Below are positions 18,159-26,259 of a stretch of DNA of 64,000 bases, in pieces (the first letter of the stretch is position 1; every line of letters begins with the position of its first letter). The DNA comes from a virus. A program made the position numbers and the translations under genes. The stretch is from IMG/VR virus record IMGVR_UViG_3300050501_000292; one strand, given 5' to 3'. The notes beneath the pieces were generated by a model, which did not search any database, was not told the origin of the DNA, and saw only the letters and a program-made list of their open reading frames with translations.

Positions 18159-18848
18159 GTGCTCGTAGCACCCTCCGAACCCAAGCCCCTCCAGGCGCTC
18201 GGCCTCGTCACCTCGCAGGCCGAGCGCAAGGGCGCCGACTTCCTGTGGGCGGCGCTCCCCGTCGGCCTCGTCGGCGTGCAGCGCAAGCAGTTCCCTGGCG
18301 ACTTCATCGCGTCGGTCGGCGACGGCCGACTCGAGAAGGAGCTCGGCCAGATGCGAGCCCTGGACGTCGCAGTGCTACTACTGGAGGGCCGGGGCACCTG
18401 GACGACCGACGGCGAGCTGATCCATTCCTATGGCCAGCGCTGGACGCGCTCCGGCCACCGCAAGTTCCTCTGCTCGGTGCAGGCCCAGGGCGTCTGGGTG
18501 CTGACCACCGAGAACCTCGACGACACCGTCCGGGCTCTCCACGATCTCGTCGACTGGTCCCGCAAGCCCGCCCACAACGCGACCCGGTCCCGGCCGGCGG
18601 CGCGGCGTGACGGCTGGGGCCGCATCACCGACCGGACCTACGCCATCCACCTGCTGCAAGGGCTGCCCGACGTCGGGCCCGAGCTCGCCACCCGGCTCTA
18701 CGACCACTTCGGCCGCTGCCCGCTGCGCCTCACCGTCACCGAGCAGGAGCTCCGGGGTGTGCACGGCATCGGCAAGAAGTACGCCGCCCAGCTGGCGAGG
18801 ATCTTCGGCGGTGACTTGTCCAGTGAGCTGTCAGGAGAGCTGCGATGA
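18159..18848 (+). CDS. ERCC4/XPF-family nuclease with HhH motifs
   Basis: GAD..QRK...DFIAS..DGRL..LLLEG; LQGLPDVG and GVHGIGKK. Confidence 0.85.
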   Translation: MLVAPSEPKPLQALGLVTSQAERKGADFLWAALPVGLVGVQRKQFPGDFIASVGDGRLEKELGQMRALDVAVLLLEGRGTWTTDGELIHSYGQRWTRSGHRKFLCSVQAQGVWVLTTENLDDTVRALHDLVDWSRKPAHNATRSRPAARRDGWGRITDRTYAIHLLQGLPDVGPELATRLYDHFGRCPLRLTVTEQELRGVHGIGKKYAAQLARIFGGDLSSELSGELR

Positions 18849-19072
18849 AGGTCAAGGCCACCATCTACGCCGACGAGCCGGGCGACGTCGACCCCGTCTG
18901 GTGCGTCCGGCTCGACATCGGCGGCGAGACCTTCGAGCTGCCCGGCTCGTGGGAGACCGTCGGCGGGGCTGTCGACGGCGCCCTCAAGTGGGCCGGCGAC
19001 CGGGCCTACACGCTGCGCTGGCCGCTGGAGCTCGAGTTCGTGGCGCTCGAGGACCTGAGGAGGCCGGCGTGA
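18845..19072 (+). CDS. Hypothetical protein
   Basis: AGGAGAGC RBS; ATGA overlap. Confidence 0.55.
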   Translation: MKVKATIYADEPGDVDPVWCVRLDIGGETFELPGSWETVGGAVDGALKWAGDRAYTLRWPLELEFVALEDLRRPA

Positions 19073-19212
19073 TCTGGCGCAAGCGCGTCGCGGCCGTCAT
19101 CGGGGCGTTCCTGCTGGGCACCGCCTGCCAGTCCAAGCAGGACTGCACCGACCCCGACTACTGCCAGCCGAAGGACTGCGGCGAGTACCAGGCGGATTGC
19201 GAGGGGCAGTGA
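19069..19212 (+). CDS. Small Cys-rich putative lipoprotein
   Basis: Basic-hydrophobic leader ending LGTAC; four further Cys. Confidence 0.5.
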   Translation: MIWRKRVAAVIGAFLLGTACQSKQDCTDPDYCQPKDCGEYQADCEGQ

Positions 19213-19655
19213 AACCTGTTGACCAGGACACCTTCCATGTCCCCGGCTTCGCCAACGGCAACTGCATGGCGGCGTGCATTGCCTCGTTGTTCGAGGTCGA
19301 CCTCGACGAGGACGTCCCGAACTTCGTCGACTTCGAGGGTCCGCTCGCCTGGTGGGATGCCGCTCGGTCGTGGTGCCGGACGCGGGGCTACGACCTCATC
19401 CGCATTTCCAGCCTCGACCAGGTGACACGGTGGGCCGACCGACCGCCGGGCGACCACGCCATCGCTGGCGTTCCCAGCCCGCGGGGGCCATGGGGCCACT
19501 GCGTGATCGTCGATCGGGACGGAGTCGTCGTCCACGACCCCTACCCCGGTGGGCCTACGGGCCACAAGGCGGAGCAGATCGACGAGGTCTACCTGGTGGT
19601 CGAGCCGTACGAACCGTTCCCCACTCAGCCCGCCGATCGTGAGGAAGCGTCCTGA
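19209..19655 (+). CDS. Papain-fold (C39-like) peptidase
   Basis: GNCMAACIAS..GHCVI..VHDP gives a Cys-His-Asp triad pattern. Confidence 0.65.
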   Translation: MKPVDQDTFHVPGFANGNCMAACIASLFEVDLDEDVPNFVDFEGPLAWWDAARSWCRTRGYDLIRISSLDQVTRWADRPPGDHAIAGVPSPRGPWGHCVIVDRDGVVVHDPYPGGPTGHKAEQIDEVYLVVEPYEPFPTQPADREEAS

Positions 19656-20422
19656 TGGACGCCGCGACGGCCATCGCACGCATCGGTACCCGCCGCCGCA
19701 TCGCGGCCTGCACCGCCTGCGACCTGTCGTCGCGCCCGAACATCAGCCCGGTGCCGTTCTCGGGGCCGACGCCGGCCCGCTACGTCGTGCTGGGCGAGGC
19801 GCCCGGGCGGTCCGAGAACCGCAAGGCCGAGCCGTTCGTCGGGGCCTCGGGGCGCTTCCTGCGCCGCCTGATGCGGGGCGTCGGGCTCGACGACGCCGAA
19901 GCTTTCTGGTGCAACACAGCGTGCTGCTGGCCGCCGGGCGCCCCGACCCAGGCCCAGCAGAACGCCTGCCGGCCCCACCTGATCGCCCAGTTGAAGCTGG
20001 CTCGGGCCCCGTTCCTCCTGGCGGCCGGTGGCGTCGCCCTGAACGCGGTCTGCCCGGACGCCAACCTGCGCCGGCTGCACGGCAGCGCGCTCAAGGTCCG
20101 GGTCCGGGTGCCGGCCGAGCCGTCGTCGATCGAGCTGACGGTCGTGCCCGTCTACCACCCGGCGTTCGTCGCCGCGCATGACCCGTCCTCGAAGCCGGTG
20201 CTCCAGGAGGGCCTCGGCCGCTTCAAGGCGCTCCTCGACGGCATCCCGGCCGACCTACTCGTCGGCAACTGGTGCAACTTCTGCGAGCACCGGGCGGTGC
20301 GTTGGGACCAGCGCCAGATGCCGTATTGCCTCAAGCACTCCAAGGAAATCGGCGCGCATGTGCGGCTGGAGAAGCGCCGCGCCAAGGCCGAATACAAGGC
20401 GAGCCAAGGGAGGCTGCTGTGA
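19655..20422 (+). CDS. udg: Family-4 uracil-DNA glycosylase-like protein (Fe-S)
   Basis: CTACDL..VLGEAPG..E..PFVG.SG..N..CC.PP..C.PHL..YHPAF. Confidence 0.88.
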   Translation: MDAATAIARIGTRRRIAACTACDLSSRPNISPVPFSGPTPARYVVLGEAPGRSENRKAEPFVGASGRFLRRLMRGVGLDDAEAFWCNTACCWPPGAPTQAQQNACRPHLIAQLKLARAPFLLAAGGVALNAVCPDANLRRLHGSALKVRVRVPAEPSSIELTVVPVYHPAFVAAHDPSSKPVLQEGLGRFKALLDGIPADLLVGNWCNFCEHRAVRWDQRQMPYCLKHSKEIGAHVRLEKRRAKAEYKASQGRLL

Positions 20423-20748
20423 TTGTCGTCGCGATAGTCGTCGTGTGGGTGGCGCTCACGCTGCACCACTGGGACAACCCGCCCCACGTCCACATCCCCC
20501 GCCGGCCGCGGACGTGGCTGGCTCACGTCACCGTGCGGCCGTCCTGGCTCGACGAGGCCGACGACACGGTCTGCCAGGCCGCGACGGGCTGCCCGGAATG
20601 CGGAAAGCCGACCTCGCCCTACAACACGGTGCCGGCGTTCCTCGTCGACGAGTTCTGCTGGGGCCACAGCAAGCCCTTCATCCTTGGCCACGACTGGCCA
20701 AGCCCCGACCCGCTCGTGACGGTCCAGCTCCAGGCGGTGTCGGCGTGA
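20419..20748 (+). CDS. Membrane-anchored hypothetical protein
   Basis: N-terminal TM; CPEC. Confidence 0.5.
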   Translation: MIVVAIVVVWVALTLHHWDNPPHVHIPRRPRTWLAHVTVRPSWLDEADDTVCQAATGCPECGKPTSPYNTVPAFLVDEFCWGHSKPFILGHDWPSPDPLVTVQLQAVSA

Positions 20749-21119
20749 ACGTCTACCTGGCCTGCCCCCGCACCATCGCCCGGGTCGAGCTCCAGCCGAT
20801 CGAAGCCCGGCTGCGCCTCGTGCTGGCCGAGGTCAACCACATCTACCGGCCCTGCGAGATCGACGCCGCGATCCGCCGTCCGTCGATGGCGTTCCGGCTC
20901 AACCTCGAACGGCTCACCGCGTCGACCACGGTCGTCGCCGTCTCGGGCTGGACCGAGGACCTGGCGGCCCGCCGCGAGATCCAGGTCGCGCTGTGGTCCG
21001 GCTCGACGATCTACGAGCAGGCCGGCACCGGGATGCACCAGGTGATCCTGCGGAAGATGAACGAGCAACGGGTCGCCGCGATATTGGACAAAGGACTACA
21101 GGAGCAATTGGCCAAATGA
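20745..21119 (+). CDS. DUF4406/nucleoside 2-deoxyribosyltransferase-like protein
   Basis: M.VYLACP..P.E..VVAVSGW...AARRE...A resembles the DUF4406 pattern. Confidence 0.55.
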   Translation: MNVYLACPRTIARVELQPIEARLRLVLAEVNHIYRPCEIDAAIRRPSMAFRLNLERLTASTTVVAVSGWTEDLAARREIQVALWSGSTIYEQAGTGMHQVILRKMNEQRVAAILDKGLQEQLAK

Positions 21120-21394
21120 ACCGCCACGACCGCCGCACCCGCGGCCAACGCGGCCCCGCCCGGCCCCTCATGCCGGCCGGCGACCATCCGGCCCTGCCCC
21201 CAAAGGAAGCCGGGGTGCACCGCTGGGTCCGCTCGACCGCGCACTACCTGACCTCGCAGCAGGCCGCAGCGGCAGCCGGCGGGGCCCACGTCAACCTCGA
21301 GCCCGACACGCTGATCCGCTACGGCGTCGGCTGCATCGACTGCGCCGGACCGTACGACCAGGCGAAGGACCTGCCCTGTGAGGCGCAGTCATGA
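21116..21394 (+). CDS. Hypothetical protein
   Basis: ATGA overlap; CIDC..C. Confidence 0.55.
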   Translation: MNRHDRRTRGQRGPARPLMPAGDHPALPPKEAGVHRWVRSTAHYLTSQQAAAAAGGAHVNLEPDTLIRYGVGCIDCAGPYDQAKDLPCEAQS

Positions 21395-21615
21395 GGGGCC
21401 TGCTCGCCCGCTGGCGTCGTCGTCGGCCGGCGATCGTCTACCAGTCGAGCTGGTTCAACGTGGAGTACTACCCCAAGGCCCACGCCAACCAGCATCTCGT
21501 CGTCAACTTCAACCACCACACACCGCTCAAGATGACGGTCGGGGACGCCGAGGAGCTGTCGTTCGGGCTGGCGGCCGGCCGAGCTAAGGCCATCGCGAGG
21601 GGAGCGAAGCGATGA
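21391..21615 (+). CDS. Hypothetical protein
   Basis: ATGA overlaps at both ends. Confidence 0.55.
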   Translation: MRGLLARWRRRRPAIVYQSSWFNVEYYPKAHANQHLVVNFNHHTPLKMTVGDAEELSFGLAAGRAKAIARGAKR

Positions 21616-22403
21616 TTCGGCGCGTCGGCGACTCCCGCCGCCTCGGCGAGCTGCTCCCCTGGGATGACTCGGGCGTCATGGCCCCCTTGCCGGAGGGCGT
21701 CCCCTGCGTCGTCGGCTCACCCCCCTACAACGTCGCGATCCCCAACTACCCGTCCGGCTACCCCGACCATGTGCCCTGGGGTGCCTACTACGCGTACGCC
21801 CGGCAGTGGGCCAAGGCCATCGCGGCGGTCCTCTGCCCCGGCGGCCGGGCGTGGGTCAACGTGCAGCCGACCGTGCCCCGCACCGTCGGCGAGGTCGGCG
21901 GCGACCGGATCAACCTGGCGCTCGTCTGGGCCAAGGCGCTCGAGGAGGCCGGCCTGGTCTACCGGGACACGGTCACCTGGGTGCAGGACAGCTTCGACGG
22001 GGCCTGCGCGTGGGGCTCCTACGCGCAGCCGTCGAACCCGAACATGCGGGGCGGCCACGAGCTGATCCTCGTCTACTACAAGGAGCGCTGGGACCGGCCG
22101 ATCCCGAAGGAGTGGAAGGGCGCCGTCGCAGCGAAAGCCCGCCAGGCCGACGAGGCCCGGCTGGGCGGCCCGTGGACCGACCTTGTGCGCAACGTGTGGA
22201 AGATCAACCCGGCGAATGGGCCGGGATCGCGAGCCAAGGACCGGCCGGCGGCCTTCCCGATCGACGTTCCGGCCCGCTGCATCCGGCTGTCGACCTGGCC
22301 GGGGGAGTGGGTGGTCGACCCGTGGGCCGGCCACTGCACGACCGGACAAGCAGCTGACGAGCTCGGGCGGCCGAGCGTGATGGTGGATCTGGGGTTCGCA
22401 TGA
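21612..22403 (+). CDS. Orphan N4-C/N6-A DNA methyltransferase (beta class)
   Basis: SPPY motif IV, HPA-like AAFP, DPWAGHCTT motif I, VDL. Confidence 0.88.
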   Translation: MIRRVGDSRRLGELLPWDDSGVMAPLPEGVPCVVGSPPYNVAIPNYPSGYPDHVPWGAYYAYARQWAKAIAAVLCPGGRAWVNVQPTVPRTVGEVGGDRINLALVWAKALEEAGLVYRDTVTWVQDSFDGACAWGSYAQPSNPNMRGGHELILVYYKERWDRPIPKEWKGAVAAKARQADEARLGGPWTDLVRNVWKINPANGPGSRAKDRPAAFPIDVPARCIRLSTWPGEWVVDPWAGHCTTGQAADELGRPSVMVDLGFA

Positions 22404-22960
22404 CTGTGATCGCTGCACTCATCGCCAAGGACCGGGTCTGGATGGCTGGTGACACCGGCTCCTTCGACGGCAACGGCACGCTCTGGCCCAACCCACACAA
22501 AGTCTTCGAGACGCGGGTGGCCGGCGAGCCTGTCGTCATCGGGACGTCGGGGGTGTCCTCGCTCGGAGCGACGATCCGCTACGACCTCTCTATCGACGCC
22601 GTGCCCGGCCCGGATGACGCCGACCTGTGGGCCCACACCGTCGCCCAGGCCATCACCGAGATGGCGTACGAGCGGAAGATCACCCGCAAGGACTCCTCGA
22701 GCATCGACGGCACGGTGCTGTTCGCGTGGCGGGACCGGCTGTGGCTGATCTCCGACTACCTCGCGCTGCCGGTCGAGAGCTTCGCCGCGATCGGCTCCGG
22801 GAACGAGCTGGCGCTGGGGGCGATGGAGGTTACCTGGCACGAGGGCATGAGCGAGGACTCAGCGAAGTGGGTGGTGACCCGGGCTGCCCAGGCGGCCTGC
22901 CGGTGGGAGGAGTCCTGCCGGGAGCCGGTCGTGGTCTGCTGTACTGAACCGGCACCATGA
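22400..22960 (+). CDS. HslV/proteasome-beta-like Ntn hydrolase
   Basis: N-terminal (M)T nucleophile, AGD, KVF, AIGSG...ALGAM. Confidence 0.8.
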   Translation: MTVIAALIAKDRVWMAGDTGSFDGNGTLWPNPHKVFETRVAGEPVVIGTSGVSSLGATIRYDLSIDAVPGPDDADLWAHTVAQAITEMAYERKITRKDSSSIDGTVLFAWRDRLWLISDYLALPVESFAAIGSGNELALGAMEVTWHEGMSEDSAKWVVTRAAQAACRWEESCREPVVVCCTEPAP

Positions 22961-23172
22961 AGATCTTCGTCAACGGCACCGGCACCTGGTTCGACGGCAA
23001 GTTCATCAGCGTGGACATCACGCCCGACGACCACCTTGTCAATCTCACCGAGGAGGTGGCCCGGAAGGGCGCCTCATGGCCTGACCCCGGCGAGGATGTC
23101 TGGGTGACTCCGACCGGTGGCGTGCGCTGGATCGACGACACCCCGATCGAGGTGTGGGGGCCTGCACTCTGA
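22957..23172 (+). CDS. Hypothetical protein
   Basis: ATGA overlap; last gene before terminator. Confidence 0.55.
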   Translation: MKIFVNGTGTWFDGKFISVDITPDDHLVNLTEEVARKGASWPDPGEDVWVTPTGGVRWIDDTPIEVWGPAL

Positions 23173-23175
23173 CGC

Positions 23176-23215
23176 GACGGAGCCCCCGGCCGGGCACCGC
23201 GCCGGGGGCTCCGTC
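23176..23215. terminator. Bidirectional terminator hairpin
   Basis: 15-bp perfect stem GACGGAGCCCCCGGC/GCCGGGGGCTCCGTC at the convergence of the two arms. Confidence 0.8.
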
Positions 23216-23222
23216 GGCCGGC

Positions 23223-23879
23223 TCAGCTCTGCTTGGCAGGCTCCCCCTGGCCGGCATCCCCAGCCCCCTGGCTTGCCTTCGCCGCGGCGCGCTTCTCCTT
23301 GGCCTTCTCCCGGGCCCTGGCCTTGGCGTCCTCGGCCTTCTTGGCCCGCTCCGCCTCGGCGGCCTTCTGTCGGGCCTCCGCCACCAGCTGCTTCTCGACC
23401 TCGCCCGCCGACGGGATCGAGCCGGCGTCGTGCTCGGGCACGGGCCGGGGCTCCGACGTCGTGAAGTTGCCGTCGTTGGCGTGCGGCACCTCGGCGCGGT
23501 TCCGCTCGGCGAGTTCCTCGTCGGTGGGCGCGTGGGCGTCCTCGGGGCAGCCGGCGCGGATCCAGTTGGCCAGCTCCCGCTCGGCACCCGGCGTCCAGTA
23601 CACGTGGATCTCGCCGTAGAGGTCGTTGTGCTCCTCGACGAGTCGACGGAGACCCAGGCGCACCGCCTTGTTGTTGGCGGTGACGGCGACGGTGTGCACG
23701 GTCGTGGCCGGGTTCGCGGGCGGATTCTCGGCGATGTCAGGCACCGGGCCCGACGCGCCCCAGCCGCCGAGCTCCTGGACCTCGCCGTCGTCGTGGACGC
23801 GCCACGACCAGTCCTCGCCCTGGGCGTTGGTGGCGACGACGACGAAGCCGACGCTGTGATCGAGTTGGTGCAGGGTCAT
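23223..23879 (-). CDS. Hypothetical protein with charged helical C-terminus
   Basis: AAGGAG RBS, ATGA overlap. Confidence 0.65.
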   Translation of the reverse strand: MTLHQLDHSVGFVVVATNAQGEDWSWRVHDDGEVQELGGWGASGPVPDIAENPPANPATTVHTVAVTANNKAVRLGLRRLVEEHNDLYGEIHVYWTPGAERELANWIRAGCPEDAHAPTDEELAERNRAEVPHANDGNFTTSEPRPVPEHDAGSIPSAGEVEKQLVAEARQKAAEAERAKKAEDAKARAREKAKEKRAAAKASQGAGDAGQGEPAKQS

Positions 23880-24106
23880 GATGGCTCCTTGAGGTCGAGT
23901 GCCGCCCGGACGAAGCAGTCCTTCGCCTCGGGCAGCTTCCGCAGGCCGGTGGTGAGCTCGGGACCGTCATGGAGCGCCATGACCATCTCCTCGGCGAGAT
24001 CGGCGCACGGAGCGCTGACGGCCTGGAGGTGGGGCGGCAGATGGTCGTACTCGAAGTCGCTGACGATCTGCTGGGTCGAGGGGTGCCGGCTGCTGACGTC
24101 GATCAC
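23876..24106 (-). CDS. acb2: Acb2/Tad1-family cyclic-nucleotide sponge (anti-CBASS/anti-Thoeris-like)
   Basis: F.YDHLPPHLQAVSAP..LA..L.DGPE.T.GLRKL.EAKDCFVRA matches the recalled Acb2/Tad1 signature. Confidence 0.85.
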   Translation of the reverse strand: MIDVSSRHPSTQQIVSDFEYDHLPPHLQAVSAPCADLAEEMVMALHDGPELTTGLRKLPEAKDCFVRAALDLKEPS

Positions 24107-24312
24107 GGCCGGCTCTCCACTGACTCGGTCGGCGTGACCTTCGGCCGCACGTAGAACAGGCCGAGCAGCATCGCAACCGAGCCGGCCACGCCTGCGACGA
24201 CCTCGGGCGACAGCGTCACCCAGCCGGCGATGACGGCGACGGCGAGCACCGACTGGAGGACGCCGGCCACGACGGCTGGTTCTTGCTTGAGCAGGTTCTT
24301 CAACGAGTACAT
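24103..24312 (-). CDS. Holin-like protein (2 TM)
   Basis: AAGGAG RBS; KQEPAVVAGVLQSVLAVAVIAGW..VAMLLGLFYVRPKVTP. Confidence 0.7.
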   Translation of the reverse strand: MYSLKNLLKQEPAVVAGVLQSVLAVAVIAGWVTLSPEVVAGVAGSVAMLLGLFYVRPKVTPTESVESRP

Positions 24313-24329
24313 GGGGGTCTCCTTGGGGG

Positions 24330-24506
24330 TCAGGACGCTATGAGGGCGTCCCAGAAGAACGGCACGGTGAACGCGGCGAGGCCGGCCGCGACGAGCGACA
24401 CGCGACCCCAGGTGGCGCCGAACGCGGCGAGCAGGAACAGGAGCAGAGCCAGCCCGAAGAAGATCATCCGCCAGGTCGGGCTCATGGCTTCGGCGGCAAG
24501 GATCAT
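24330..24506 (-). CDS. Small membrane protein (58 aa, absent from track)
   Basis: AGGAGG RBS; MILAAEAMSPTWRMIFFGLALLLFLLAAF..., two hydrophobic segments. Confidence 0.6.
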   Translation of the reverse strand: MILAAEAMSPTWRMIFFGLALLLFLLAAFGATWGRVSLVAAGLAAFTVPFFWDALIAS

Positions 24507-24515
24507 CACGGCCTC

Positions 24516-24797
24516 CTAGCACTCACGGTCGGGGAACTCGCGCTCGAGATCCTCCAGCAGGCCCGTCCGGTAACGCTCCACCCGAACCGGATCGGGCGGC
24601 TCCTGGGCGGCCCCGACGAGGTTCTCGGTGAGGGTGTCGGCGAGCGCGTGGCGGAGGTCGTCGCGGCTCTCGTTGCCCTGGACGCACAGCCGGTCCAGCG
24701 CCTCGTCGAACCGGTGATCGGTGAGCCACAGGCCCCCGGCGAACATGGCGACCACGACCGCGAGGCCCGCGATCCGGGCGGCCCACAGGAGCCTCAT
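24516..24797 (-). CDS. Membrane-anchored protein
   Basis: N-terminal TM; ATGA overlap. Confidence 0.6.
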   Translation of the reverse strand: MRLLWAARIAGLAVVVAMFAGGLWLTDHRFDEALDRLCVQGNESRDDLRHALADTLTENLVGAAQEPPDPVRVERYRTGLLEDLEREFPDREC

Positions 24798-24889
24798 CGG
24801 AGCTGCCCCACCATGTGGGCGAGGTAGACCACGAGGACCAGCCACATGGTCGTCAGCGGCCAGGGCCAACGCTGTGCCACTCGGATCAC
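24794..24889 (-). CDS. Very small hydrophobic peptide (31 aa)
   Basis: AGGAGG RBS; overlaps neighbours at both ends. Confidence 0.4.
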   Translation of the reverse strand: MIRVAQRWPWPLTTMWLVLVVYLAHMVGQLR

Positions 24890-25110
24890 GGCTCGACCTC
24901 CTGCGATTTGGACTGCTCCGAGTCGCGCAGGCGCTTGTCCCCACGGATGAAGGCCGGCGACACGAGCAGTCCGCTGTAGAGCACGAGTAGCTCGGGCCGG
25001 ACGGGGCCCGAGTAGAACACCGCCTCGTAGACCAGCAGCCCCAGCGCGACCACCGCGATCGTCACGTCCCGGATAAGTGGCCAGGTCTCGCTGAGCCGAT
25101 CGAGGTTCAC
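24886..25110 (-). CDS. Small 2-TM membrane protein
   Basis: GAGAGG RBS; two hydrophobic segments. Confidence 0.65.
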   Translation of the reverse strand: MNLDRLSETWPLIRDVTIAVVALGLLVYEAVFYSGPVRPELLVLYSGLLVSPAFIRGDKRLRDSEQSKSQEVEP

Positions 25111-25169
25111 CTCTCACCTGCATCCCCATCGCATCGTCCAACAACCTACCTGCCCAGCGTCTTGCCAAG

Positions 25170-26258
25170 TCATGACGTCGCCTCGTAGACCCCTGTGACC
25201 CAGAACTCGTCGCCGTCGTCCCAGTTGAACGGGTTGCTGCCATCGAAGCCGACGGTGGTGCCGGCGTTCACGGCCCGGGACACCCGGTCGGGCTGCGAGC
25301 TGGTGATGATGCCGGCGCCCGCGTAGCGCGCCGGCCCAGTGTCCTTCTGGAGCCAGCAGCCGAACGTCTTCTGGGCGTTGGGGTTCTGGAAGTTGGCCGT
25401 GAAGGGCAGCCCGATCCCGATGAGCGCGGTGACGTCGCCGCCGGTGCCGAGCTTGAAGCCGGCGTGGAGGGTGACGGTGCGGCCGAGCTTCTTGTACTCG
25501 CAGTAGGCCAGGCCGCCGGTCCCGAGCGTGACCCCGAACAGCGTGGGCACGAAGCTGCTGACCCACAGCGTCTCGGGGGCGTCGATGAGGACGTCCCAGC
25601 CGGAGTCGGTGGCGTTGCGGATCTTGACCGAGCGGGTGGCGTTCGTGTCGACCCAGAGCCGACCGTTGCCGACCGCGCCCGGGTCGCCGGTCTGCACGTA
25701 CAGGAACCGGGCGTCGGCGGCCAGCTTGGCAAGAGCGACGGACGCGTCGACGAGCTTGGAGCCGTTGACCCCGGCGATCTTCCCGTCGGTCACCGCGAGG
25801 TTCTGGATGTTGGCCGTGGCCACCGCGTCGTCGGCGAGCTCGCTGTTCCCGACCGAGTCGACGCCGAGCATCGCGGCGTCGTGGAGGATCGCGGCGTGGT
25901 CGCTCGAGCGGAGGTACTGGGTGTGGTCGTGGCGGGTCGTGTCGAAGATGTGGGCGGAGAGCTCGGCCATGAACCGGCCGGCGATCGTGTGGCGGATCTG
26001 GGTGTTGGCGCCCCACGTCTGGCCGACGCCGCCGTAGCCCCGGGTGCAGTTCTGGAGCGTCTTGCCGGAGCGGGTCGTGACCAGGATCTTCTCGATCGAG
26101 TCTCCGGCCTCCTTGTCGCCGAGCGTCGCGATGAACGGGCCGATGGTGCCGTCGGGCCAGCCGGATTCGTCCTTGATGGTGATGGAGGTGTCATTCGGCC
26201 CGATGCCGGTCTGCAAGCCGGTGATGACTGCCAGGTCGGAGAACTCGAGGCGCGGCAT
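25170..26258 (-). CDS. Tail fibre/receptor-binding protein
   Basis: 10-aa shaft-like repeats (VATANIQNLA VTDGKIAGV); YKKLGRTV.L..FKLGT fibre-head motif. Confidence 0.7.
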   Translation of the reverse strand: MPRLEFSDLAVITGLQTGIGPNDTSITIKDESGWPDGTIGPFIATLGDKEAGDSIEKILVTTRSGKTLQNCTRGYGGVGQTWGANTQIRHTIAGRFMAELSAHIFDTTRHDHTQYLRSSDHAAILHDAAMLGVDSVGNSELADDAVATANIQNLAVTDGKIAGVNGSKLVDASVALAKLAADARFLYVQTGDPGAVGNGRLWVDTNATRSVKIRNATDSGWDVLIDAPETLWVSSFVPTLFGVTLGTGGLAYCEYKKLGRTVTLHAGFKLGTGGDVTALIGIGLPFTANFQNPNAQKTFGCWLQKDTGPARYAGAGIITSSQPDRVSRAVNAGTTVGFDGSNPFNWDDGDEFWVTGVYEATS

Positions 26259-26259
26259 G

